The position numbers were made by a program, and so were the translations under genes. This document shows, piece by piece, positions 17,806 to 29,584 of a stretch of 64,000 nucleotides of DNA. How positions within the stretch are numbered: position 1 is the stretch's first letter; the number at the start of each line of letters is the position of its first letter. The DNA lies in assembly GCA_000004695.1 (NCBI GenBank), contig CM000152.2:5536001-5600000 (forward strand), read 5' to 3'. The notes beneath the pieces were generated by a model. That model worked only from the letters and a program-made list of their open reading frames with translations, had not been told where the DNA came from and made no database searches. Source of the DNA: Dictyostelium discoideum (taxonomy: Eukaryota).

Positions 17806-19127
17806 ATGGAAATAGATATGGCAGATAAAACAAATAAATTTAAAACAGATATAGAAAGAAAACAGTTTGAAAGTTTACCTTGGGTAGAAAAATATAGACC
17901 AAAGAATTTAGATGATTTAATTGCACATGAAGATATTACACAAACAAGTAATGTTAACATTACATTAATAATGATTCACACCTTTTTTAATAATTATTTA
18001 ATAATTTACTAATAAATAAAAACAACAATAACAACAACCAACAATAATAATAATTATTTTATAAATAGTTACAAAATTAATAGATAATAATACATTACCA
18101 CATTTACTATTTTATGGACCACCGGGTACAGGTAAAACATCAACTATTCAAGCAATTGCAAGAAAATTATATGGTGATAATTACTCTAGAATGGTGTTAG
18201 AATTAAATGCATCTGATGATCGTGGTATTGATGTTGTCAGAGAACAAATTAAGACATTTGCAAGTTCAATGTTCTTTTTTAAGTATGAACTTTTTTCTTT
18301 CTTTTTTTTTTTTTTTAAAATTATAATTAAATATTAACAACAAAATAAAAAAATAAATAAATAGTACAACAGTACCATATAAATTAATTATTTTAGATGA
18401 AGCAGATTCAATGACAAATATTGCACAAACAGCATTAAGAAGAGTAATTGAAAAGTATACAAAAACAACTAGATTTTGTATAGTTTGTAATTATGTTATT
18501 AAAATTATACCTGCTTTACAATCAAGATGTACAAGATTTAGATTTAGTCCATTACCAACTCCACCAACTGAAATTAGATTAAAAGAAATTATTGAAAAGG
18601 AAAAGTAAGTTTTTAAAATATGTATATATAATTTGAAAAAATATCATATTAATTATTATTATTATTATTATTATACTAGTGTTAAAGTTGATAGTAAAGC
18701 AATGAATGCAGTATTAGAATTAGGATGTGGTGATATGAGAAAATGTTTAAATATATTACAATCAGTATCAATGTCTTCAATAGATAACAACATTACAGAA
18801 GAAGCAATCTATAAATGTACAGGTTATCCAATGCCATCTGATATTGAATTGATGGTTGATTGGTTATTAAATAGTGATTACGAAGAAGCTTTTCAAAATA
18901 TTAGTGATTTAAAAAAGAAAAAAGGTTTATCATTGAATGATATCATCGCAACACTTCAAAAATTCGTCGTTCAAATTGATTTGGATAATGTTATCCTTTG
19001 TAAATTATTATCTCATTTATCAGATATCGAATATAATCTATCAATTGGTTCCTCTGAGAAATTACAATTAGGTTCTTTAGTTGGTTGTTTTCAATTGTCA
19101 AGGGATGATGAATTATTACATAATTAA
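17806..19127 (+). CDS. rfc5: Replication factor C small subunit, RFC5-type. Four exons: 17806-17947, 18069-18282, 18365-18604, 18680-19127.
   Basis: [21 protein letters not shown] matches human RFC5 [21 protein letters not shown]. Walker A is [18 protein letters not shown], followed by [17 protein letters not shown], a DEAD-like [11 protein letters not shown], and [29 protein letters not shown] (vs [29 protein letters not shown]). The SRC-like [12 protein letters not shown] motif is present. Exon phases are consistent. Confidence 0.85.
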
Positions 19128-19258
19128 TTGTTTTTTAAAAAAAAAATAAATAAAAAAAAATAAATAAAAAGAAAAATAAAATAAAAATTAAAACAAAATA
19201 TATAAAACTTATTATAATGCTTTAAAAAACAAATAAATACATCCAAAATAAATTTAAT

Positions 19259-19289
<31 letters not shown>

Positions 19290-20335
19290 CAAAAAGTATA
19301 TCTGAAAAAAAAAGGAGAAAATCTTTTTTTTTATTTGTTTAAATTCTGAAAACTGGCTTGCCAACTAACATTGGGCTATTACAAAAATTTGATCTAAGAG
19401 CATCTGGTTGTGCGAATTTAATTCTCTAAAAATAAATAATAATTAAAATTTTGTTGATTGTTTTTTTAGGAATTATATTTAATGGTTTGTATAATATAAA
19501 TTTCTTACAATTGGGGTAATATTTTGTTGCATTTTTAATTTAGGAATATAGAAATAATAATTTTAAAATTGTAAAGAAATTTATATAAAATTTTTTTTTT
19601 AAAAGTGTGTTATTTTTTAAAAAAAAATTTCTAAGAAAATAATCAAGTATACTGTGATTATCTTATAATAAAAAAAAAAAAGTTTGATTTTTTAAATCCA
19701 AAGGAACCATCCAATTTCCAATTCAAAGAAATTTTTTTTTTTATCCAATCCACAAACCAAGCAAGTGGCATTTTGAGAAAAAACCTAATTTTTAAAGGGG
19801 TTTTTTTTTTTTTGAAAATATCCTTTTTTTATTAAATATTCCAGATAATCCAAACAACCAATAAAGATGGATGAAAGTCCTTCAAAACCTGATATTTTAT
19901 CAAATCTTTTTGTTTTATTGGTAATGTTTAAAATTAAAAAAAAAAAAAAAAGAGGAAAAAAAAAGAGGAAAAAAAAAGAGGAAAAAAAAAAAAATATTGA
20001 TATAGGCTAAATAGATTTTTCGCCATGTTATTTCAATAGTTATCAAGTTTAAAAAATACAAGAAAGAAGAGAGTAAGAACCAACACAGTAGGATTTGAAT
20101 TCAAATGGGTAATGGAGTATGGACCTTTACTATTTCTTTTAATTTTTTTTTTTTTTCTTTTTATTTAAAAAGTTTAATAATATAAAAATCATTAATATCG
20201 ATTGTTTTCAGATTTTTTATTATTATTTTTATATTATTGTTTTATTATTATTTTTTAATTTTGTTTTTATTTTTTATTTTTTTTTTTATTATTTTTTTTT
20301 TTTTTTTTTTATTATTATTTTTATTGTTTTTTTTT

Positions 20336-22732
20336 TTAATAATCATATTTATTTTCCCAAGATATATAGGATTTTTCAGTATAAAGTTGTTTAATACGTT
20401 GAGATCTTTTTGATTCAAATTGAATTTGTTCGATAATTTCTTTATTCTTTTTCTCTAATTGACTAACAATGAAATCATATTTTGGTTTAATATTGAATAA
20501 AAGCTTTCTTTCACGAATACCTCTATTATCCAAATACTTGATGAGGTCATCCAACTCCTTCTTACTAGAGTAGTATTCCCAACCACCATTTTCATTTTCA
20601 ACATAAATTTTACTTGGCAATTGATACCAATACCAATAGTTTCTATAGTTTCTATCTCTTCCAAGTGATTCTAAACGTGTGGAATATTTCTCCAACTTTT
20701 CATCTAAAATCTCTAATTTCTTTTCTAGCTTTTCGATTTCTTTTTCTACGACAGGAGTAATTGGTTTCTTTTGTTTAGCACCCTTTGGTTTTTTAACTTC
20801 TTGTTGTTGTTGTTCTTCATCATCTTCATTATTTTCATCATCATCCTCAGCAGCAGCGGCAGCATCATCTTGTTTTAATTGTTTTTCCTCTAAGATGATA
20901 CCTTTTTTCTCTTGTTTAACTTCATTACCCAATTCAACATTCTTTTCCAAATGTTTACGAATCTTTTCAGATGCGATAGTTTGTTTAACTAAATAAGCGA
21001 GAATGTAAATTCTTTCTTCAACAGAGAGTTTAAAATAATTCTTTTTCTTTAAAACTTTACAAATTGTATTTGCATCTGCAGATGTAATAATTTCATTTTC
21101 TTCTTTCCATTCTTCTTCACCTTCATCAGATGCAACTTCTTCTTCTTCTTCTTCCTCTTCTTCCTCCTCTTCTTCATTCTCTTCATCATCTTTTTTAGTA
21201 TCTTTAGTTCCATCATTATCTTTCATTTCAACATCTTTTTTAATTTCATTACCATCTTCATCTAATTTCATTTCATCGTCTTCATCATCAGAACCTGGTA
21301 ATTCATTTGCTAAATTTAACATTCTAATATTTTGTTCTTCCAATTGTTTTAATTTCTCTTGTTTCTCTTTTTCTTCGATTGCAATTCTTTTAACTTCATT
21401 TTGAAAGTATGCTCTGAGTGTTGCTAACCAATTACGATCGGTAATGGCTTTGCCACCAAAGGTTTTCTTTGGTGTTCCACTTGAATATGATGGTAAAGTG
21501 AAGATGGTTTTCATTAAACGAATATGAGATTCCACCAAGATATTGGTTTCTGTATGATGTTGAATTGCCATTTCAAAATCGTCCAATGGGAAAGGTGATA
21601 AGAGTAGCACCTTTTCAAAATGATTAAGAAAATGCCAGACCATTAAAAAGTCACCAAAAGTATTTGATAAACAAAAGAAATCTGAAGATGCAATTGGACG
21701 TTCATTTTCTTTACCTGTTTCTTCATTCTCTCGATCAACATCTTGATCCTCAATTGGATATTTTGGCCTCTTTCTCTTTCTTTCAGTTTCTGATTCATCA
21801 CTACTATCTAAATTATTATTACTATTACTATTACCATTACTATTACTGTTATCATTACTCTCAATATCTACACTTTCCTCTTCAGTATCTTCAAGTATTT
21901 CTCCATCTGCAATTCTTTTTCTTTTTAAATGTTGTTCAACCTCTTTCCTTACAGATGATGGTATTTTCAAACCCTCTAAATTATACTTTTTAATTAATTC
22001 TGGTTCAACCTCCCAAAAACCACCAAGATGTTTTGTTTTTTTTGCTACAGTTTTAATGGTATCTTTTACCATTGGTTTAAAGATTGGTGGTTCTCTCTTT
22101 TGGATATCTTTAATATTGATAATAAAGTTTTTACCTTGAGAATCAACATAAATTTTATAATATTTTTTAATTGAATCTAATTTCTTTCTTGGATCAACAT
22201 ATTTTCTAACTGATTTAGTATCACTATCTTTTTCTTTTTCTTTTTCTTTCTCTTTTTCTTTTTCTTTTTCTTTTTCTTTTTCTTTTTCTTTTTCTTTTTC
22301 TTTTTCTTTTTCTTTTTCTTTTTCTTTTTCACCTTTTTTATCAGAAGAGGTGTCACCATTGTTTTTTTCATCCTCTTCTTCATTTTCATCATCACTATAC
22401 AATTGTAATTTAATTTCTTTCTTTGGTATTGGTATTGCTGATAATGCATTGATTGAACTTGATGTTGTGGTGGTTGTTGTTGGTGGTGTAGTTGGTGTTG
22501 TTGTTGTTGTTGTTGTTGAAGAAGATGATGATGATTTCTTTTGTTGTTCATTATCTGATTGTTCATCAGATTCATTATAGTTTTCCAATAATTCTATGAT
22601 TCTTCCAGTATATTTAACATTTGCTTTTTTAAAAGATACAATTTCACCTGGATAATAATTCATCAATAAAAATTCATATAATTGATTTGTCATTTCTTCA
22701 AGTGTAATTTCCTCTATATTTTATTAAATTTT

Positions 22733-22777
<45 letters not shown>

Positions 22778-23347
22778 AGATTTATGATAAATAATAATAA
22801 TAATAATAATAATTAACTATATTTTTAAAATACTTTACTATATTGAATAAATTCTAAACAATGTGGTAATAATAATTCAGACACTTTTGAAACTTTTTCA
22901 GAAGCATTCTTTTCACTTAATAATGCTTCTTCAAATGTTAAATTTTGTTTACCTGTAATTGAACATGTCCAAATCTTTTGTCTATATAACTCATATCTAT
23001 CAATATAATCCCTAATTATTAAAATTTTAATTTTTTTTTTTTTTTATATTAAAGAAAAGGTTTAGTATAATAATAAAAATAATAAAATAAAATAATATAA
23101 TAAAATAAAATAATAATAATAATATAATATAATAAAAATTGAAAAAAAATAATAATAATAAAAAAAAAAAAAAAAAAAAAAATGAAAAATAAAATAAAGT
23201 AATATAAATATATATATATATAATAATACTAAATACATACTTATATCTTTTAAAATGTTCTTTTGTGAATTTAATAACGAAATATTCTTCACCAGATTTT
23301 ACTCTAGTTTTATTTAATTCAAAGGGATCTTTTCCATGAAGTGGCAT
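20336..23347 (-). CDS. WAC-DDT-WSD domain protein (ACF1/BAZ1A/Itc1-like ISWI accessory subunit). Three exons, approx 23347-23241, 23011-22839, 22713-20336.
   Basis: The N-terminal WAC domain is split over exons 1-2 (MPLHGKDPFELNKTRVKSGEEYFVIKFTKEHFKRYK | DYIDRYELYRQKIWTCSITGKQNLTFEEALLSEKNASEK), as in Acf1/BAZ1A WAC. A DDT motif is present (FGDFLMVWHFLNHFEKVLLLSPFPLDDFEMAIQHHTETNILVESHIRLMKTIF). The C-terminal WSD-like motif is YWYWYQLPSKIYVENENGGWEYYSSKKELDDLIKYLDNRGIRERKL. Acidic tracts and an (EK)17 repeat lie between the domains. Confidence 0.65.
22228..22330. repeat. (TTTTTC)n on plus = (GAAAAA)n on minus, encoding the (EK)17 repeat of the WAC-DDT protein
   Basis: Perfect hexamer run lying in frame within the minus-strand ORF. 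Confidence 0.85.
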
Positions 23348-23699
23348 TTTTTCTCTTTTTTTAAAAAAAAAAAATTTATAAATATAAATAAATAGATATT
23401 ACTATATTATTGTTATTATTAATATTATTTTAACTGTTGGTGATCTGCTTAATTGTTTCGAAAATTAAAAAAAAAAAAAGAAAAAAAAAAAAAATTATGA
23501 AAAATTGAAAAATTTTGGATTCTTGTGTTAAAAGGGTTAAAAAAAAAAAAAATAGGTTTGGCGCCTAAGAAATTTTTTTTTTCCACAATTGTTTTGTGTT
23601 AAACAGTGTTGATCAAAAATTAAAAATAAAAAAAGTAAAAAAAGTAAAAAAAAAGTAAAAAAAAATAAAAAAAATAAAAATCATAAAATTTAAATTTAT

Positions 23700-25218
<1,519 letters not shown>

Positions 25219-25438
25219 ATCTTAAATTTTACTTCTCGATGAATTTGAACAAATAATTCATTTTCCCAAAAAAAAAAAAAAAAAAAAAAAAAATTTATTT
25301 TTTTTGTTTTTTGTTGTTTTGGTTCATTTTATTTTTTTTTTATTTTTTATTTTTTTTTTATGGAGGTGTGCGGGAAAAAATTAAAAATTCAAATTTAGAT
25401 GTTTTAATAAAAATATTTGAACACCAAAAAGAACCGAG

Positions 25439-27916
25439 ATGCCAAATAATGAAAATGAAGATTCAATTGTTTTATTACCATTAGATAGATATACAGTTGG
25501 AATTGACGAGTTTATTGGATTTAATGAATTTTATGATGATTATAAAAATAATAATTTTAATGAAAAAGATTCAATAATAAATGAATTATGTTATATGTCA
25601 ATTCAATTAATGGAAAAGTTATCATTAAAATTAGGAGATTGGATATTTATTGATGTTCAAAAACAACAACAAAAACAACAAAAACAACAACAACAACAAC
25701 AACAAAATAAACAATGTATTATATCAAAAGTTTGGACTTCAAGATATATTCAACAAAATTATTATATTCAATCAAATTCAAAACTAATATTAAACCAACA
25801 AATAAATGATGAAGAACAAGAACAAGAACAAGAACAAGAACAAGAACAACAAGAACAAGAACAAAATAAAAAACAAAACAAATCAATAAAATATCCAAGT
25901 TTTGTCAAAATTTATAAAGTTAATGAATTTGAAAATAATTTAAATAATGTTGATATTGAAATTATAGTTTCAAATAATAATAATAATAATAATAATGAAA
26001 ATATAAGAACATTATTTAGTAGTAAACAATTTATAAAGCAATTATTAATAAATAAATTAATATGTAGTGGAATGAATATATCACTTTATAATAATAATGT
26101 TAATTTAATTATAAAAAATGTAAATAATAATAATAATTTAAAAATTGGTTTAATTAGTCAATCAACAAAAATAAATATAATAATAATAACAAATGAAAGT
26201 TTATCATGTTTATACTCTTCAAATTCATCAAATTTATTAAATTTAAATTATAAAAATAAATTATTTAAAAAATTTAAATTAAATAATAATAATAATTTTA
26301 AAATTGGTGGATTAAATGAACAAATTAAATTATTGGAAGAAATGATGATTTATCCAATTTTATTTCCACAAGTTTTTAAAACTTTAAATATTGATCCACC
26401 AAAAGGAATTTTATTAAAGGGTCCACCAGGTACTGGTAAAACTCATTTAGTTAGGACTGTTTGTGATGCATATGATATTGAGATGATATCAATTGATTGT
26501 GCAAAAATCTCTGGTTCCTATATCGGTGAAACTGAAGAGAATTTAAGAAACATTTTTCAAGAAGCATCAGATAAATCAATTGCAAAATCAAATTCACCAA
26601 TTGTTGTATTCATTGATGAAATCGATACTATTTGTCCACCAAGATCTAAATCCACTCAAAACGAGTCACGTGTTGTTGGCCAATTCTTGACGTTACTAGA
26701 TGGTATTGGTGCTCGTAAAGGTAATTTAATTATAATAGCAGCTACGAATAGACCAAATCAAATCGATAATGCACTTAGAAGACCTGGTCGTTTAGATAGA
26801 GAAATTGAGATACCAGTACCAAACAAACAACAACGTTTAGACATTCTAAAATTATATTGTTCAAAATTACCAATCTCACCAACTCCTTCCAATTTATTAG
26901 ATCAAATAGCTGATGAAACCGTTGGTTATGTTGGTGCAAATATTCAATTCCTTTGTAGAGATTCTGCATTTATTGCATTTTCAAAATATAATTTATTAAA
27001 GTATCAAAATAATGAACAAAATGAAAATGAAAATGAAAAAAAATACCTTATTGAAATTGAAGATTTTAGAGAATCAATTAAAAATAATCCAGCATCAATT
27101 TTAAAAGGTGAACATTTAGTTGAGAATATTAGTAATGTAAGTTGGGATGATATAGGTGGTTTGGATGATATAAAAGAAGAATTGAGACAAGCTATAGAAT
27201 GGCCAAATCTTTACAAGGAGTCATTTGAAAAGTTTGGATTATCACCACCAAAAGGTATCATTTTGTATGGTCCACCAGGTTGTTCAAAAACTACACTGGT
27301 CAAAGCAGTGGCATCAAGTTCGAAATTATCATTTCTATCACTAAGTGGTGCAACTATTTTTTCACCTTATTTAGGTGACTCTGAACAAACAATTAGGGAT
27401 ATTTTTAAAAAGGCCAGACAAACAACTCCATCAATACTATTTTTCGATGAAATTGATGCAATTGTTTCAAAAAGAAATCTTTCAGATAATTCTAGTGGTG
27501 ATAATGCACAGTCAAGAGTGTTGTCAACATTTTTAAATGAAATGGATGGTGTTGAACAATTGAATGGTGTAATTGTAATTGGTGCAACCAATAGATTAGA
27601 TATGATCGATAATGCATTACTCAGACCTGGAAGATTCGATAAAATATTGGAAATCAAATTACCAGATCAATTATCAAGATTAAAAATTTTAAAAATTAAA
27701 ACAAAATCAATACCACTCTCAGATAATGTTAATTTAATTGAAATCTCAAATTTAACAAATGGTTTCAGTGGTGCTGATCTTGAAAATCTGTGTAGAGAAG
27801 CTTCATTTCAATCTTTAAGAAGAGATTTATTAAATGGTTTTGTTGAAATGTATGATTTTTTAAATTGTTTATCAAAAATTAATAATCAATCAAAAAATTT
27901 AGAAAATAAAATCTAA
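25439..27916 (+). CDS. Tandem-AAA ATPase, SPATA5L1/AFG2B-like (825 aa, single exon)
   Basis: D1 has [15 protein letters not shown] ... SGSYIGETEENLRNIFQEA ... SRVVGQFLTLLDG ... IIIAATNRPNQIDNALRRPGRLDREIEI. D2 has GIILYGPPGCSKTTLVKAVASSSKLSFLSLSGATIFSPYLGDSEQTIRDIFKKARQTTPSILFFDEID ... VIVIGATNRLDMIDNALLRPGRFDKILEI ... SGADLENLCREA. Both align closely with human SPATA5L1 (SVSGADLFSPFVGDSE; GETEENVRRVFQ; SRVVAQVLTLLDG). The N-terminal 300 aa are Asn/Gln-rich low complexity. Confidence 0.7.
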   Translation: MPNNENEDSIVLLPLDRYTVGIDEFIGFNEFYDDYKNNNFNEKDSIINELCYMSIQLMEKLSLKLGDWIFIDVQKQQQKQQKQQQQQQQNKQCIISKVWTSRYIQQNYYIQSNSKLILNQQINDEEQEQEQEQEQEQQEQEQNKKQNKSIKYPSFVKIYKVNEFENNLNNVDIEIIVSNNNNNNNNENIRTLFSSKQFIKQLLINKLICSGMNISLYNNNVNLIIKNVNNNNNLKIGLISQSTKINIIIITNESLSCLYSSNSSNLLNLNYKNKLFKKFKLNNNNNFKIGGLNEQIKLLEEMMIYPILFPQVFKTLNIDPPKGILLKGPPGTGKTHLVRTVCDAYDIEMISIDCAKISGSYIGETEENLRNIFQEASDKSIAKSNSPIVVFIDEIDTICPPRSKSTQNESRVVGQFLTLLDGIGARKGNLIIIAATNRPNQIDNALRRPGRLDREIEIPVPNKQQRLDILKLYCSKLPISPTPSNLLDQIADETVGYVGANIQFLCRDSAFIAFSKYNLLKYQNNEQNENENEKKYLIEIEDFRESIKNNPASILKGEHLVENISNVSWDDIGGLDDIKEELRQAIEWPNLYKESFEKFGLSPPKGIILYGPPGCSKTTLVKAVASSSKLSFLSLSGATIFSPYLGDSEQTIRDIFKKARQTTPSILFFDEIDAIVSKRNLSDNSSGDNAQSRVLSTFLNEMDGVEQLNGVIVIGATNRLDMIDNALLRPGRFDKILEIKLPDQLSRLKILKIKTKSIPLSDNVNLIEISNLTNGFSGADLENLCREASFQSLRRDLLNGFVEMYDFLNCLSKINNQSKNLENKI

Positions 27917-28222
27917 AAATAAATTAATCACTCAATAAAAAAAAATAAAAAAAAAAATAAAATAAAATAATTAAAAAAACGAAAACAATTAAATTTTATT
28001 TTTTTTGAATTATTTTTTTAATTTTTCGTTTATTCGTTTTTTTTTTTTTTTTTTTTTTCGAAAGTTGCGACTATAAAAATTTTTTTATTTTTTTTATTTT
28101 TCTTTTTTTTTTTTTTTCATTAAATACACTTTATCTTTCATTCTTATTTATTTTTTTTTTTTTAATAAAAAGAAGAGCGTGAAGCATATTTTCTATAGTA
28201 TACCACTTATATTTTATTTAAA

Positions 28223-28709
28223 ATGGTAATGTATTTAATAATAATTAAAAATTTTACACTTTATTTTAAAATTAACATATTATTAATTTATTTATTTAAT
28301 TTTTTTATTATATATAAAATAGGCCGATTCTTCAAATAACGAAAAAGCTAAACCATTAGCTGATAGCAAACTTACTCTTACCATTTTGGATCTTATTCAA
28401 CAATCAAACAATTTAGGCCAATTAAAGAAAGGTGCTAACGAATGTACCAAAGCCGTTTCACGTAGTACTGCTGAATTTGTTGTTTTAGCCGCTGATGCTG
28501 AACCATTAGAAATTTTATTACACATTCCATTATTATGTGAAGATAAGAATATTCCATACGTTTTCGTTTCAAGCAAATCCGAACTCGGTAGAGCTTGTGA
28601 TGTTTCAAGACCAGTTGTTGCTTGTGCTGTTACTGTCGATGATAAGAGTCAATTGAAATCTCAAATCACTAACGTTAAAGATTCATTAGACAGATTATGG
28701 ATCGTTTAA
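28223..28709 (+). CDS. snu13: SNU13 / NHP2-like protein 1 (15.5K, L7Ae family). Two exons: an ATG-only exon at 28223-28225 and 28323-28709.
   Basis: M|[104 protein letters not shown] aligns almost residue-for-residue with human SNU13 (...[97 protein letters not shown]). ATG is followed directly by a GTAATG donor, and the ~97-nt intron ends ...AAAATAG. Confidence 0.85.
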
Positions 28710-28783
28710 ATTCGATTCATTTCATGTATTTTTTTTATAATACAAATGTGTACATATATACATCAAAATTATCTAAATTTTAA

Positions 28784-28818
<35 letters not shown>

Positions 28819-29414
28819 AAATAGATAATAATTTTTTTGTATTATTTAAATAATATCAGCTAAAATTAGTTTATTTCAACCACCCTTTTTTTTGAAATGG
28901 ATTTTTTTAAAATAAAATTAAACTTTAAAAAAAAAAAAAAAAACAAAACCTTTCCGATTTATTCTATTTTTAAAAATATCCTTTTATTTTTTAATTTTTT
29001 TTTTAATTTTATTTTTTTTTTTTTTTTATTTTTTTTTTTTTCCAATATTCAAATAAAATTAAATGAAAGAAAAATATTATATATATTAATTTATTATTAT
29101 TGCCCCATCTTTAACCCACCTCATTGTACAATTTTTGGAAAAGAGTGGGTAGTGTATTGAATAATAAAATTGAAACCTTTCATTTTTCATTTATTTTTTT
29201 TAATTTCATTGTGTGTTTGGATTAATTTTTTTTTTTTTTTATTATTTTTTTTTTTATTATTTTTTTTTTTTTTTTAATATTTTTTTTTTTATAATTATTA
29301 TTTTTTTTTTTTTTTTTTCATTTATCTATTCAACAAACTTTCGAACACCACTACCAATTCCTCTTTTTTTATATTTGTAAAAATTGTGTGAATGTTTTTT
29401 TAAAATACAATTAT

Positions 29415-29450
<36 letters not shown>

Positions 29451-29584
29451 CCTTTATATTAAAATATAGTTTTTTAAGAATTGGTATTTATATATTAAAA
29501 TATAGATTATAGATTTTATAACAAATCCATTTTTTTATTATATCTTTTTTTTTTTTTAAAAAAATAAAAAAAAAATAAAAAAAA

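Noticed and set aside
22177-22580. Poly-Lys/poly-Gln minus ORF (22177-22575), and plus ORFs 20679-20996, 21664-21993 and 22350-22580
   Set aside because: They are alternative-frame or antisense readings of the repeat-rich WAC-DDT gene ((EK)n, Thr/Ser tracts). They are not independent genes.
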